Below are positions 23,188-35,533 of a stretch of DNA of 64,000 nucleotides, piece by piece. Source of the stretch: Lama guanicoe (lineage: Eukaryota); assembly GCA_013239625.1 (NCBI GenBank), contig MU054323.1, positions 11,429,815 through 11,493,814 of the forward strand, given 5' to 3'. Within the stretch, counting starts at the first letter, position 1. Each line of letters begins with the position of its first letter. The notes beneath the pieces were generated by a model, which was given only the letters and a program-made list of their open reading frames with translations, searched no databases and had not been told where the DNA came from. The position numbers were made by a program, and so were the translations under genes.

Positions 23188-26100
23188 GATTGTCAAGCTC
23201 AGAGTGTAAAAACCTGGGGATATTTTCGAAATGTTTTAGTAAGCCTTTGTAAACTGAGATGCATTTTTGCATGACTATGTCAAATATTTCTTACTACCAT
23301 CATTGTTAAAGATATTTTGCACTTAGTTTTGTGGAAAAATATTGCTACACACACAATTTTTCTTTTTAATCTCTGAATGTAATTTCAACACTGTAGCAGG
23401 AAGGGATCACCGTGAAATAACTCGGGCCAGAATGTTATTAAACAATCACCAGGCTGTTAGCAGACGAGATACATCCGAGATTTTCTTAAAGGCCCAACTC
23501 CTACTTCCACACAAATCCCACATTCAGGAGGCAGAGCTGGGGCTGTTATGCGCCGGCCCAGATCCAGCACTGGCACCGACTGCGGAGGCGAGGGCCCCTA
23601 CCCCTGGCTCCCTCCCTCGCCATGGGCCCCGCACAACCTTCTTTGCTGATCAAACCCTCGCATCCCTCCATCAAGCCAGAAAACGAAACCCCTTCTTCTT
23701 AACCTGAGCAGACATCTTGGTAGGAAGCCCTTCATCATTCATAAAATCTTGGCATTAGCCTTGCAATGGCCAGACGTCCGAAGACCACCAGTGCCCTTTT
23801 CTCACGTTGAAAATAAGACCTGGACGTGTCTCAGGGAGCAACCACTTAGAAACCTTAGTCTGAATTTTTAAAGCTAGAAATTCCTACCGTTTAGTTCTTC
23901 ACTTCCACGTAACCTCACCTGCTGAGTGCTGGTTTCTTTACAGCTTGTCAGCAGGTGTAGCCTTTTTGCATTAAAAAGGGTATATAAATCAAGTCACTTA
24001 CCTTTTTAAACGCAAGTGTAGAAAAACGTTGTTATTGCCGTCACAAACTCTTTTGAAGTTGTGTCTTGGTTGAAATATTTCTTTAAAACCTGCCACAAAA
24101 AAGGAAGGTTACTATATTTTCTACATGCACATGGGTGTCTAACATCTGCCTTTAAAACAACAAGATCGCTTGCCGACAGGACAGTCACAGTTTAGCCTAA
24201 ATTATTCAACCCCTGTAGCCTTGACACATTTTTCTGAGAACCAAAATGGTCACACAAAAATGAATCCTTTTGTAATGACAGTGAGAGCTCGCCCTCTCTC
24301 TGTCTCTCTTTTAGTCCCAGGTTTCCTCCTTCGGGAGTAAAAGTTAAGCCCACTTTCGACCAATTGTGCGCCTAAATATTCTTGTCATTTGGAGTCAATG
24401 GAAAATCCAACAAACCAATAGCGCTAGTCTCCTTTTCAGGCGAAAGAAACGTGTGGTCACTTCTTCACCCCACTGGAGGCTTTTTTGTCGTACTGGGGGT
24501 GCCGGTCAGAGCAGCAGAAAATAGGGGGCAGTTAAAAGTTTTCAGCTGTTAAGCAAAGAGAAAAAAAAACACCTTACTTTGGCCTTGCACCAGCCTCAAA
24601 AGCCATTTATTGCTTTGTGTCCTCTTTTGGCTTGAGTGCCTTCTCCTTGATTACATCTCGTCTTTGATGGACGGCGACTTCCAGCCAACAGCTGGCGCGG
24701 GCATCGCCGGGAGAGGCAGGCACGCCGGGAGCAGGACGCCAGAGCAGGTTCTCAGGGAGCCAGGGGCGGCCGTGCTCTGTGGACATACCCCTGTTCCGGG
24801 AAGAGTACTAACTAGTGCCTCTCCTGAAACCCACCACCCTGTATTTAACTCCTCCTTCACGGCTGTTTTTAATCCTGCCAGGAGCTACTAATTAGCAATT
24901 ACGCACATCTGCTCCAAACCTAGCTGTTTTTAAGGTGGTTTCTTTTTAACCTTTTTTCCCCTTAATAAAAGAAGTTTCCAGTTTAGGCTTCTCTCAGACT
25001 TCTTTTGGTTATATTTGGAAACAAGAACTAGTTAACAGTCAGGATTGTGTTTGTCCTGGGTGAGAGGGAAGCGCTGTGTTTTCTGCGCAGGTGTTCGTAG
25101 TGTAGCCGCCCTTCCTCCAACTTCTTGTGGCTCCTCCTTCAAGGTCTAATTGCCTTTAATGGCGTGTCCTCTTTAACCCTCTGAAACCTGTAAAAGGGGA
25201 ACTTTTTTTTTTTCCTTTTTAGAACATGTTTTCTTTTGATCGTGAAAAACATGTTTAAGATTAAATGCAAACTCCTTTTACCTACCCAGAATTCGTAAGC
25301 CCTGAAACTGGCAAATATAGACACTGTATTTGCTCTAAAAATCAGAAATAATAACTTCAAAAAGAAAAAACTTGCTGGCGGGTGGGATTTGGGTTTGTTT
25401 GTTTGTTTGCAGTAAGGCTTCTTTTAAAATTGTAATTATTTGTGTCTCCTACACAACTTTTCCTTCTCAGTCAAAAAAAATGAAAGACATATACAGTTCA
25501 TGACTTGGAATCTAGAAATTGGTAAGAAAGTGTCAAGCAGAGGTTAATGCAGCTTCAGTATTGTGATTGGCCCCGGGAGTGGTCCGCTCCCCACCTTCCC
25601 ACTTGACTCCTGAGTCACGCTGGACTCGCAGCCACTGCTTGTCTGGCTGCATCAACACTCACCTCCTACTTAACGCCCTTTCAGTGCATTGAAAGCAAAC
25701 TCAATGGGCTTCGACGTGTTTGCAGGGCTGTCTGTCCTATTGTTACATCTTACGGTTCGGACACATTTTAAATAAAACCAGTGTGGTTTACATGGGACAT
25801 GAACCATTATACTCGAAATAGCAACCTCCAGGGAAGGGTGCCGATTAGGTCACAAGTCTTTCCACCTGCATCTGTGATGGAACAAGCCCAGGTACTTGTA
25901 AAATTCAGCAGAAGCACATGGTAAGGGACTAAAAAAATGAAAGTTAGGACCCTTTGTTGAAAACTCCTGATAAAACCCTTCCTTGTTTGCGGTGCTGCTA
26001 GAGCACGGGTGAGGGTGAGATCCCGGCTCCCACTCGTGTCCCTGCGGGTTGGTTACCCCACAGCCCACGGCAGACGTTGGCCGTGGTGGCCGAGACCGAA

Positions 26101-26725
26101 TTCCCCAGGAGGGAGGGGGCCCCGTCTCACCCGGACTTCAAGCTCTGGCCCGACCACAATGCCCTCGTGCACTTTTATAACAGAGACTGATGGAGGGAGA
26201 CTCTTGGCATCAAGTTGTTTACATTTCTTTATATAAATGATGTGCTTTCAGTGCCTTAGTTACGGGTTCCTTTCTTTTTCTCGTTCCAAGAATTGTGCAA
26301 CGCGTCTCTTAGGTGAAAGAGTCTTTTTGCTATTCGCTAGGAGACAAACGGCTCATAAAGCACTGGTCACTGTGGCAAACCCTACGTTGTGATGACATGG
26401 GGAAGGGAGCCTGCTGCTGCCGCGGCGGTTGCCTCAGAGCTGTTCCTCATGCTGTAGGAAACTAAAACGGTCTTGTCACCTGGCGAGCTTCAGATTAGAT
26501 ACGGCCCTAAAGTTGTCTTGTGCCGACCTTAAATTCTTATTTCAGAAGAGAGTCTTGGTTTGGGTAATTCATTTTTTAAAAGATCATTATGTACAAAGCA
26601 CTAAGTTTTAAAAATAACTCACGGAACGGCCTTAGCTTTCGGTGTCCACTGGTATGTTTGCGAGTCGCGTCTCTGTAGTACCGATCCCAGAATAAAGTGG
26701 AGAGAATTAAACAGTTTACACGCGT
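23188..26725 (+). other. LCLAT1: Probable LCLAT1 3' UTR (~3.5 kb)
   Basis: Largely repeat-free sequence from the stop codon to paired polyadenylation signals; interspersed repeats resume at ~27.15 kb. Confidence 0.65.
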
Positions 26726-26740
26726 GTTGCTTCTGTTTTC
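26691..26740 (+). terminator. Candidate distal polyadenylation site of LCLAT1
   Basis: AATAAA 26691-26696, ATTAAA 26706-26711, CA at 26719-26720, then GU/U-rich gtgttgcttctgttttc. Confidence 0.6.
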
Positions 26741-27150
26741 CCAGGAGTGGCTGGGCGCCACTTTGCCCACACTGTTACACCCTCATGACGTGTCGTACTG
26801 AGGAAGAGCTGACCAGTGAGGACTCTGTCACAGATGTTTTTTAAAAAAAATGCCACAACAAAAAGGGAGTGTACTGTTTTCATCACTGAAAAAGTCCAGG
26901 GGCCCCAGCTGAATTCAGGGCTCACTGACTGTCTTCAGAACTTGATTTTTCTCCATCTCTCAGTTCAGCCTCAGGACAACGTGCTTGTTCCACACGGTGG
27001 GGGGTCTTCTGGGAAACACCAGCAGCACCAGCTGGAAGAGGTAATGGGACTCGTGCACCCCACCCCCACTGTCAGAGCTAGAACTGTGAGACTGAGGTCT
27101 GACAAGTGCATGGACATGTACTTTGCAAACAGACACAAAAATCATGGACC

Positions 27151-27727
27151 TGAAGGGCAGCAGAGCATGCCACCCCAAAATATGGCTGAGAGCTTAGGAC
27201 ATGTCACCCCCAGTGTGCCACACTGATACACTATTTTGAGCTGTAGGCACTTGAGAAACAGGGAATGCAGGGAGGGGCTGTCTCTGAACTCCCCCTTTTC
27301 TGCCTAAAGACAGATCCTCCAGAAAGAACTGAATTGCCCTAAATCCCCTCCCCAGGAGTTTCGTCAGGCAGGGAGGATCAACTCTTGTCACAGGAGAGAA
27401 GACTAAAAGTTGACCGCACACCAGATACACTGTCACAAAATGTCATACCCCCATCTATTCCAAGGGCCCCTTCATCTTTCATAAAACTCATTCACTCTCC
27501 CCCGAGAGGTCTGCTCTCCCCTCCCCTTTTTCCAGTGGGATGGTATTCAAGCCTGAGTTCTAAGCCACCGCAGGGACTTACTCATTTTACCCTGGGTATC
27601 TCCATGTGTACATGAGGTGTACATGTTAATACGTTTCTGATTGTTCTCTTGTTCATCTGTCTGATATTACAGGGGTCTCAGCCAAGAACTCAGAAGGGCA
27701 GAGGGAAAATGATTTTCCTCCCCTGCA
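27151..27727 (+). mobile_element. ERV1-class solo LTR (MER34-like)
   Basis: TGaagggcagcagagcatgccaccccaaaatatg...ttttcctcccctgCA termini; flanking ggacc/gaacc near-duplication. Confidence 0.8.
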
Positions 27728-28799
27728 GAACCTAAGCTCCGCATTGGCCCACTCTGCTTTCAGCCTCTCCAACGAGCATTTGCTTGGAAGACTCACTCTG
27801 AGGGGAGCCCCCAGTGTCACTCACTGGGAAAGGGGCACACAGGACCAGAGGGGCAGCTTTCAAGGACGGGGCCTTGGCAGGATTTCTATATTCTGTTCAA
27901 GCAAAGGGGAGAGAGAAGCGCATAGTTGTTGTAGCTACCCACTTGCTTCCACATCACTCACTTCACTGATAAACTATATAAAGGGCTTCACCAACTCCCT
28001 GTGAAGGGTGGGCTTCTGATGAGAGTACCTCAAATGCCAGCTAGTGAGCCCTAGGATGTGCACAGAATCTCATCTACACTCATACAGATGCACGCTTCAG
28101 GCCAAAACTTTTTCTTAAGGTAAATTCCTAAAGGACACCTGTGCTCTCCTGACTGTGTTGACTTGCCTGCAGTCACCTCAGCCCTGCATCCTCTCAGGTT
28201 CAAATCCAGTGAGAAAGAGCCAGAGAGGCTGCTTCCTCCATGGCTGGATGCAAATCCTAAACTGGGTTGCTGAGCTCATTCCTGAACACTTACTTGCCCA
28301 GAAATACTAAGTGGGTTACATGCCTGGGTTATCCCTGACCACAGGGACCACGTGTGGGGGAGGAATGACCTTTAAGAAGACTGCTATTGAAAATAGGATA
28401 AAATGATGCTGATTGGCCAGATGTCCACCTCAGCTATGTGGAGTCTGGGGCAAATCAGCATGGTTTCCAGACAGGGTCCCTGACCCTTACCAGTGAGGGA
28501 CACAAAGGGGCTCGGCGGCCCCCTCCATCCACATCAGGATATTTGGGAGCCCAAGTGTTCTTCAGAGTCATGCACGGACAATCTCATCAATGACTGGTTC
28601 GTCTGAATTCTTGAGTCATGACCTCCTCCACCCAGATCCCCAGATTTAAGTGAGACAGTATGGACAGCATTTTTCTTCCCATGGGAAATCTGTTGAAGTC
28701 TAAATCCCGCAGCTCTGATGTCTCTCCATATGGATGACATGAAAAGGATGATGCAGCTCCTTTACTCCCAGCACTGCAGGCAGAGTCACTCATCCCTCC

Positions 28800-29470
28800 C
28801 TGGCCCGCCCTTAACAGTCAGGTCGTCACCCCAACCTGTACCTTCCTCCGCAGGGGCAGCCCTTCCTTCTGTGGCATCAGATCTCGCAAGTCTGGGCACT
28901 GCCTACCACCTCTCCCTGCACCAGGAGGCTGACGCCAATCTCTGTCCACTGGACCCAAGTGATCTCCCCACAACCCCAGTTTAATCACAGAACCCTCCTT
29001 CTCAGCATGCTCAGTGGCTTCCTGCTGGTGTTGGGCAGCCCATACCACCGATCCCGGTTCCTTCCAACCCGGCCTAACCTCACGCGCAAGACTGTCCCCA
29101 GGTGTGGACGTTTTCACAGCAACGCAGCTGGTTGCCCAGACTTCACGTGCCCCCTGCCCTTTCCCACCTTCACTCAGAAAGGTGCCTCCTCACAACCCAA
29201 ATCCAGGCAAATCCCACTTTTTCTCTGAACCTTTTCCTGATCAATCTAGCTTGAAATGTTCTCCTGTTGTGGTGATATTTCTCTGCAACTCTTGCTCGAC
29301 TGTACTACATATTATCTTATGTTATAGTTATTTTTCGGTCTTATCACCTCAGCTGACTTATAAGTTTCTGGAAAGTCAAGATAAGAATGTCTCATATTTT
29401 TCTTATCCCAAACAGTGTTCACCCCAGCATCTTACCAATTTCTTTTGCACAATAAATTCTAAACGATCAT
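28800..29470 (+). mobile_element. L2 fragment (degenerate)
   Basis: ctcagtggcttcctgctg and gacttataagtttctggaaagtcaagataagaatgtctcat...cacaataaat resemble L2 3' region. Confidence 0.5.
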
Positions 29471-29749
29471 TCCATGGAAGTCATTCAGAAAGGATCTTGT
29501 ACTAAACTCAAGCTGGGGGCAGAAATTTACAAGTTTAATATAACAAAAACAAATATTTGAAATGCAAACCCATCTACCTCTGGGAAATAATTAGGTTTTT
29601 TGACAAGAATCAAATCATTTTTGATTGATGATATGATTTACCAAAATATATTAGCATCTGAATACTTAAAAGTAGAAACTTGGCTCAAAATATGCACCCT
29701 TAAGAAGTCTTGCCCATCTAATCTCACCTTCCCCCAACTACAGCTATGG

Positions 29750-30100
29750 AGGAGAATTTGCCAATCGTGAACATGATTCTTATGCATTTACCCTTAACCA
29801 GCAACCCCACTTTGAGAGATCTATCCCCAAAAATACACTGGCCAAAAAATTGTAAGAGACATGCACAAAACTCTTCATTGTAGCTCTATTGGTCAGAATA
29901 AAACACTGGCATTAACCTCAATGTCCATGGTGGGGGATGACTGAATACTCTATAGTCTAATTACGTGACTGAGTTCTGTGCAGCCGGGCAGAGGCATGAC
30001 GAACACCTACATACACTGATCTGGGACTTTTCTCCAAAATATTAAGTGAAAAAAGAAAGATGGAGAACAATGTATATAGTTATGTGACTTTTTTTTAATC
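29750..30100 (+). mobile_element. Old L1 (L1ME-like) fragment
   Basis: aaccagcaaccccactttgagagatctatccc and ttcattgtagctctatt...aacctcaatgtccat. Confidence 0.6.
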
Positions 30101-30114
30101 AAAGAAGATGAGGC

Positions 30115-30138
30115 CACACACACACACACACACACACA
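30115..30138. repeat. (CA)12 microsatellite
   Basis: Direct read. Confidence 0.95.
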
Positions 30139-30559
30139 TATGTTTATGCTAAACTCATGAAATTGAAATCTCCACTGTTTCCATGATGTGTGAGGCACAC
30201 TGCTTCTTGCCTGTGTGTACCATAGGAAGTTCTTCCGAGTTTATTTCTGTGGAAGTCAGAGGTTAGGAGCCTGCCTCCCCGACACTGTGGTGAGGCACAG
30301 AGTGGGGGAAACTTTCCAAGACCCCAACAGTGCTCAAAGAATTTGGAGGTGGTAGAGGGTAGGTCTTTGTTTTTTTATAAGTTGTTATAGCCCATTTGGT
30401 CAGAATATTCTAGAAGACCAGAAAACCATTTCTAGGATATTCTAGAAAAAAAGTTTTGGTTCTGAGACTTCTTTGCACTCTTAACATTTTACTATTGCAA
30501 AGCCCAAAGTACTTTGTAGGAGTTCTATTCAGCAATATTCACTGTGACAAATACTTAAA

Positions 30560-30955
30560 ATGTTCATTTGTCAAGCCTTTAAAATAATAAACCTATTGTG
30601 TATTAACATATATAATGTATTTCTTATGACAAATTACTATAATTTCTAAGAAAAAAAACTAGTGAGAAGCACGGCATTGTTTTATTTTGCCAATTGCTTT
30701 AAGGTCTAGCATTAAGAATATAGCTAAATTCACATGCTGCATCTGTGGTCAATCTGTTGAAAATCTCCCATCACGTAGCCTCTGGAAAATTGCATTCACT
30801 TGTGAGAAAGAGAATTAAAAAGGCAGATAGCATCTTTAATGTGGTCTTCAGACAGCACTCGCTTAGAGGGCAGAGGATATAGGGAGTGACAGAGTTTTGA
30901 CTGGAAGGACCCCCTGAAAGGACTGCCAGGGGTTCCCAGATGTAAGATCCACTGT
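30560..30955. mobile_element. Charlie1-like hAT DNA transposon terminal fragment
   Basis: tagtgagaagcacggcattgtttta...gtagcctctggaaaa...ggaccccctgaaagg matches recalled Charlie1 end. Confidence 0.75.
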
Positions 30956-31419
30956 CTGGAACCCCCATATTCTCTGGCATACCATTTGGCAGCAGGACTA
31001 TGACAGATGGGGACCAGGGAAACCCAAGCCTGGAAATCAGGAGACAGGGCTATGGTCCCAGCCCCCTGACTATGGCTGTAACTCCAAGCAAGTCCCTTCC
31101 CCTCTCTGAGCATTAGCTTCCTCATTTGTCAATTGATGGCTTTGAGCTACATGGATGGATCTCAACCCAGGCTACACCACAGAACCACCTGGAGGGCTGC
31201 AGGAATGCCCAAAAACCAGGCCCCAGTCCAGAATAATCACACCAGGATTTCTGCCCGAGGAGCCTGGGGTCAGCGTCTGCAAGTAGCTCCCATATGGCAG
31301 GTGAAAGGACACTGGGGCCAACCTAACAGAGCACTGAACATCAAAGCTGAAACAACCAAACACTGGCAGAAATGGACTACACCCACAGGACAAAATAAAC
31401 AGCCATGGGCTCATACTGG

Positions 31420-32110
31420 TGTAAATAATTGAATACAGAAATAAGGGAGAGGGGATCACTCTTCTTTACAGTAGCATCTCAATTAATAAATGTAGAAGAA
31501 ATGGTGGAAAGAGCAAATCACCCTTTGGCAAACATCATGGTAGTAACTGTTGCAGGTGAGAATCACTGACGGCCCCTAAATGTAGTGCCTTAAAGTACGC
31601 GATAAGAAAGAGGGTATTCACAGAGCCTCCCAGGATCTCTCCATGAGATAGAGATTAAATACAAAGGGCACATGCAGTAACTTTATAGTGGAAAAGTCTG
31701 GAAAACTTCACCTTAACCAAGCCAACTAGACCATCACTAGGCCTGAGGCACACAGACACGAAGCACCCCTGGGAAGTCACAGCAGCATTTTTGCCAAAAA
31801 GGCATAACCTTAATCTAATCATTAAGACAATCCCAAACTGAGAGCCACTTTGCAAATTAACTAGCCAGTATGTTAGGATCAAGGTCATGAAAGACAAAGA
31901 AAGACTGAAGGCCAGTTACCGACTGGGGAATGAGATTAAGGAGATGTGGGGGGATCCTGGACTGGCATTGAATACGCCCTACAAATTAGTTAACATTATT
32001 GTCTCAATGTCCATGAATGGGTTTGGTGACTGCACTCTGGCTGTGTGAGACGGAAGACCTGAGGGGCTGGATGAAGCGCACTTGTCGGGCTCTTTGCCCC
32101 GCGGCTCCCT
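31420..32110 (+). mobile_element. L1MC-like 3' UTR fragment
   Basis: caattaataaatgtagaagaaat...aacttcaccttaaccaag...cataaccttaatctaatcat...aaggtcatgaaagacaaagaaagactga. Confidence 0.75.
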
Positions 32111-33194
32111 CTGCCGAGAGGCTCTTCCCCAGAAAACCACATGGCTTGCTCATTCCCTTCCTGGCTTTACTCAGACATCCTGCGGCCTGAGATGTTGTCA
32201 GTTTTTCTACTGCAGAGACTGTCATTCAATGAATCCCCATTAGCTTTTTGGGAAATGTCCCCACAATCTTCCTACTGAAACTGGGAAGGCAAATATCAAG
32301 GGCAGGAAAGGCCGGGCCCAGGCATCATCTTTGTTGGCTGGATGAAAAGAAGGTCAAAGGGTAGGAACTGTAAGCGGAGCCTGCTAATGTCCAAACGGGG
32401 GGTGTTGCTGGGCAGGACAAAGGGCAGCTTCTGCCACCCCTCCTCTCGCACAGGCCCTGGGTCAGAACCCAGGCTGGTCAGTGAGGGGGCCAACGGCACG
32501 CCTTCCCCAGTCACCACGGGGAAAAGGAAGCTCCCGGACATCACGTGATCAGAGGGCGGGGCATGCCCCTAATTATCCGGTGCGGGACGCATGCCCACTG
32601 TGAGGATGGGAAGGGGCAGACCCTGTCCGAGAATTTTGCAGAAAACTGCTGAAAACTCATCCCCCTTTCCACACAGGCTTTGATTTGAATTTCACGGCAT
32701 TCAGTGCTGGAAGAAAGCCGGCCCCGGGCAGTACCTCCTCTTCTCTGGAGCCTAAGACTTGCTTCAAACATTCAGCTTACGATCACATGGTAAGGAAGGG
32801 ATCCCAAGTGGGCTTTTTCTACAGGACCGCGAAGTCTCCACGCTGTTGCACTTCTTCCGAAGACCAGCTGTTGCTGTGTGGGCAAGTGTTTGGTGTATGT
32901 GGCACGATGCCTGTCATATGGACATGGGAGCTTGAGTCCAGCTCAGCCGTGTAGGAGCGGAATTATCTGGGGCACGGCCCCGAATCCTTACGGCTTTAGG
33001 GCTTCATGTTGTCCTACCACAGATAAAGCAGGAGAAAGTGCTTTGCAAACCGCCTGGTACTTACTAGTATCTGTGTGTGGAGAGCGCTGGGGGTCACGTT
33101 CCAGGGCTCGCGGGCTAGGTGGCCCCAGCACACGTCACCACTACATGTACAGAGCGCCTGCTGCGCCCTGGGCACGGTGTCCATGGGGTCGTGT

Positions 33195-33580
33195 GTGGGT
33201 TTTCCACTGCTGTGTTACAAACCCCCCAAGTCTTAGAGACAGACAGTAACGACCATGCAATCTCTCGCGTGCTTCTGTGGGTGGCCCAGGCCCTTCTCCT
33301 CACACAGCGTTGAGCGGGGCCGTGGAACCACTGGAAGGTCCACGACAGCCTCAGCCACATGGCCCCTCCACCCGGCTGCCAGGCGTCTCAGCACAGGGTG
33401 GTGGGGGGCCGCTAAGAAGAGATGCTCCAACGTGCGTGCAGTGCTCGCCAGACCTCCGCTTGCTTCAGCCTTGCTAATGTCCCTTTGGCCTAAGCCCGTA
33501 AGAGCCACCCGCAGGGTCAGTATGGAAGGGACCTCACCAGGGCAGGGCGTGCTGCATTGAGGGCCACCAAATAGGAGTCG
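33195..33580 (-). mobile_element. MLT1 (MaLR) LTR, old subfamily
   Basis: ctgctgtgttacaaaccccccaagtcttag and ttgctaatgtccctttggcctaagc motifs. Confidence 0.65.
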
Positions 33581-33604
33581 ACTGAGGACAGGTCCTGTTG
33601 CTCT

Positions 33605-33745
33605 CCCCACTTTACAGATGAGAAAACTGAGGTTTAACGGGGTTAACTGACTTGGCCAAAGTCCTAGAGTTACTAGTTGGCAGCGGCAGAGCTGAGCCTG
33701 GAAAACTTGGCACGTTTGGCCCCAGGGCTGCTGCTTTCAGCCTCT
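33605..33745 (-). mobile_element. MIR SINE
   Basis: ccccactttacagatgagaaaactgaggttt...ggttaactgacttggccaaagtc. Confidence 0.85.
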
Positions 33746-34409
33746 CCTGGTGGGCTGTAAGTGTCTGTCCTGTGACTGAGCCTCCTTTCCTCCCCCCTGC
33801 GCTCCAGCACCCTCTCTTCCATTGACCGTGAAACATTCTCTCTGATAACATCCTTCCCTCCCAGCTCACAGCGACCTGAGATGCCCTGCCCTTTCCACTG
33901 CCCCCCTCAGCTTCCTCCCTGCTTCCCTCGTACTCCGAGAACAGTCAGGCCATCCTGGGGCTGACTCAGGATGCTCTCAGAGGCCCCTGCAGGCAGCCGG
34001 CATTCAGGTTTGGTCAAGAGACAGTTACGGAGTGACCAGGGCATGCGAAGGCTGGACTGCATCCCACCCGGGTCTCAGCCTGGCAGGAGTCCAGAAGGAT
34101 GGGGCCACTGACTCCATCTGGGGGCCCTGAATGGCTGCTCTGAGTTTTGGTGTTTTCTCCCTGATTTTGCAGCCCAGGCCCTGCAGCCCAGGAGGCAGCT
34201 GGTGCTAGGCCCTACTCTTGGCCTAGGTCACTGTCCCTCCTAGGGCTCCACTAATCACTGCTTCAGTTGGGCTGAACCAGCAACTTTAAGAACTTCTTCT
34301 AGATGCTGGGAGGAGCAAGTGGGAATTTGGTCAAAGCCAATCAGAGAAAAGTGGAAAATTGGGTTACTCCAAAGTCAAGTCCCTTTGCCCAGAAGGAGGG
34401 AATTGGAAA

Positions 34410-35533
34410 AGACTGAGGGGCTTCTGCACAACAAAAGAAACAATCAGCAAAATAAAAAGGCAGCCCATGGAGAGGGAGAAAATAGTTGGAAACCATCTAC
34501 CTGATAAGGAGTTAATATCTAAAAAATATAAGGAACGCATATAACTCAATAGCAAAAAAAATCTGACTAAAAAGTGGGCAAAGGACTTAAATAGACATTT
34601 TTCCAAAGATGACATACAAATGGCCAACAGGCACATGAGAAGATGCTCAACGTCACTGATCATCAGGGGAAACGCAATCAAAGCCACAATAGGATAGCAC
34701 CTCGCACCTGTTAGCATGGCTATCATCAAGATGATAAGAGATAAGCGTGAGTGAGGATGTGCAGAAAAGGGAACCCTTGTGCACTGTTGGTGGGAATGTA
34801 AGCTGGTGCAGCCACTATGAAAAACAGTGGGAAGGTTCCTCAAAAAATTAAAAATACAACTACCATATGATCCAGCAATTCCATTCTGGGGTATTTATCT
34901 GAAAGGGAATGAAAACACCCTCTTACAGAAATATCTGCACTCCTGTGTTCACCACAGCATTATTTAACGATAGTCAAGACATAGAAACAACCTGAGTGTC
35001 CATCAATGGATGAATGGATAAAGAAAATGTGATGTACAAATAGATTAGAACATTACTCAGCCATGAAAAAGAAGGAAATCCTGCCATTTGCAACAACGTG
35101 GATCAACAGAGGGCATCATTCTAAGTGCAATAAGTCAGAGAAAGACAAATACTGTATGTTCTCATTTACATGTGGAATCTAACATAGCTGAACTCATAGA
35201 AAGAGAGACTAGAATGGTGGTTGCCAGGGGCTGGGTGGAAATAGAGATATGTTGGTACAAACTCCCAGTTGTAAGATAAATAAGATCTGGGAGTCTAATG
35301 CACACCATGGGGACTATAATTAACAACTGTATCATATATTTGAAAGCTAAGACAGTAGATTTTAAAAGTTATCACCACACACCCAATCGTAGTTATGTGA
35401 AGGGACAGAGATGTTAACTAACCTTATTGTGGTCATCATTTTGCAGTGTACATGTGTATTTAATCTCCTGCTGCACACCTTAAACTTACATATGTTCTAT
35501 GTCCATAATATCTGAATAAAGGTGGGGGAAAAA
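34410..35533 (+). mobile_element. 5'-truncated L1 (L1MA-like), last ~0.8 kb of ORF2 plus 3' UTR
   Basis: Frame fragments GFCTTKETISKIKRQPMEREKI...DKELISK; atagacatttttccaaagatgacatacaaatggccaacaggcacatgagaagatgctcaac; AATAAA at 35515-35520. Confidence 0.93.

Noticed and set aside
34364..34843. 159-aa minus-strand ORF
   Set aside because: Familiar antisense translation of L1 ORF2 sequence, not a gene.
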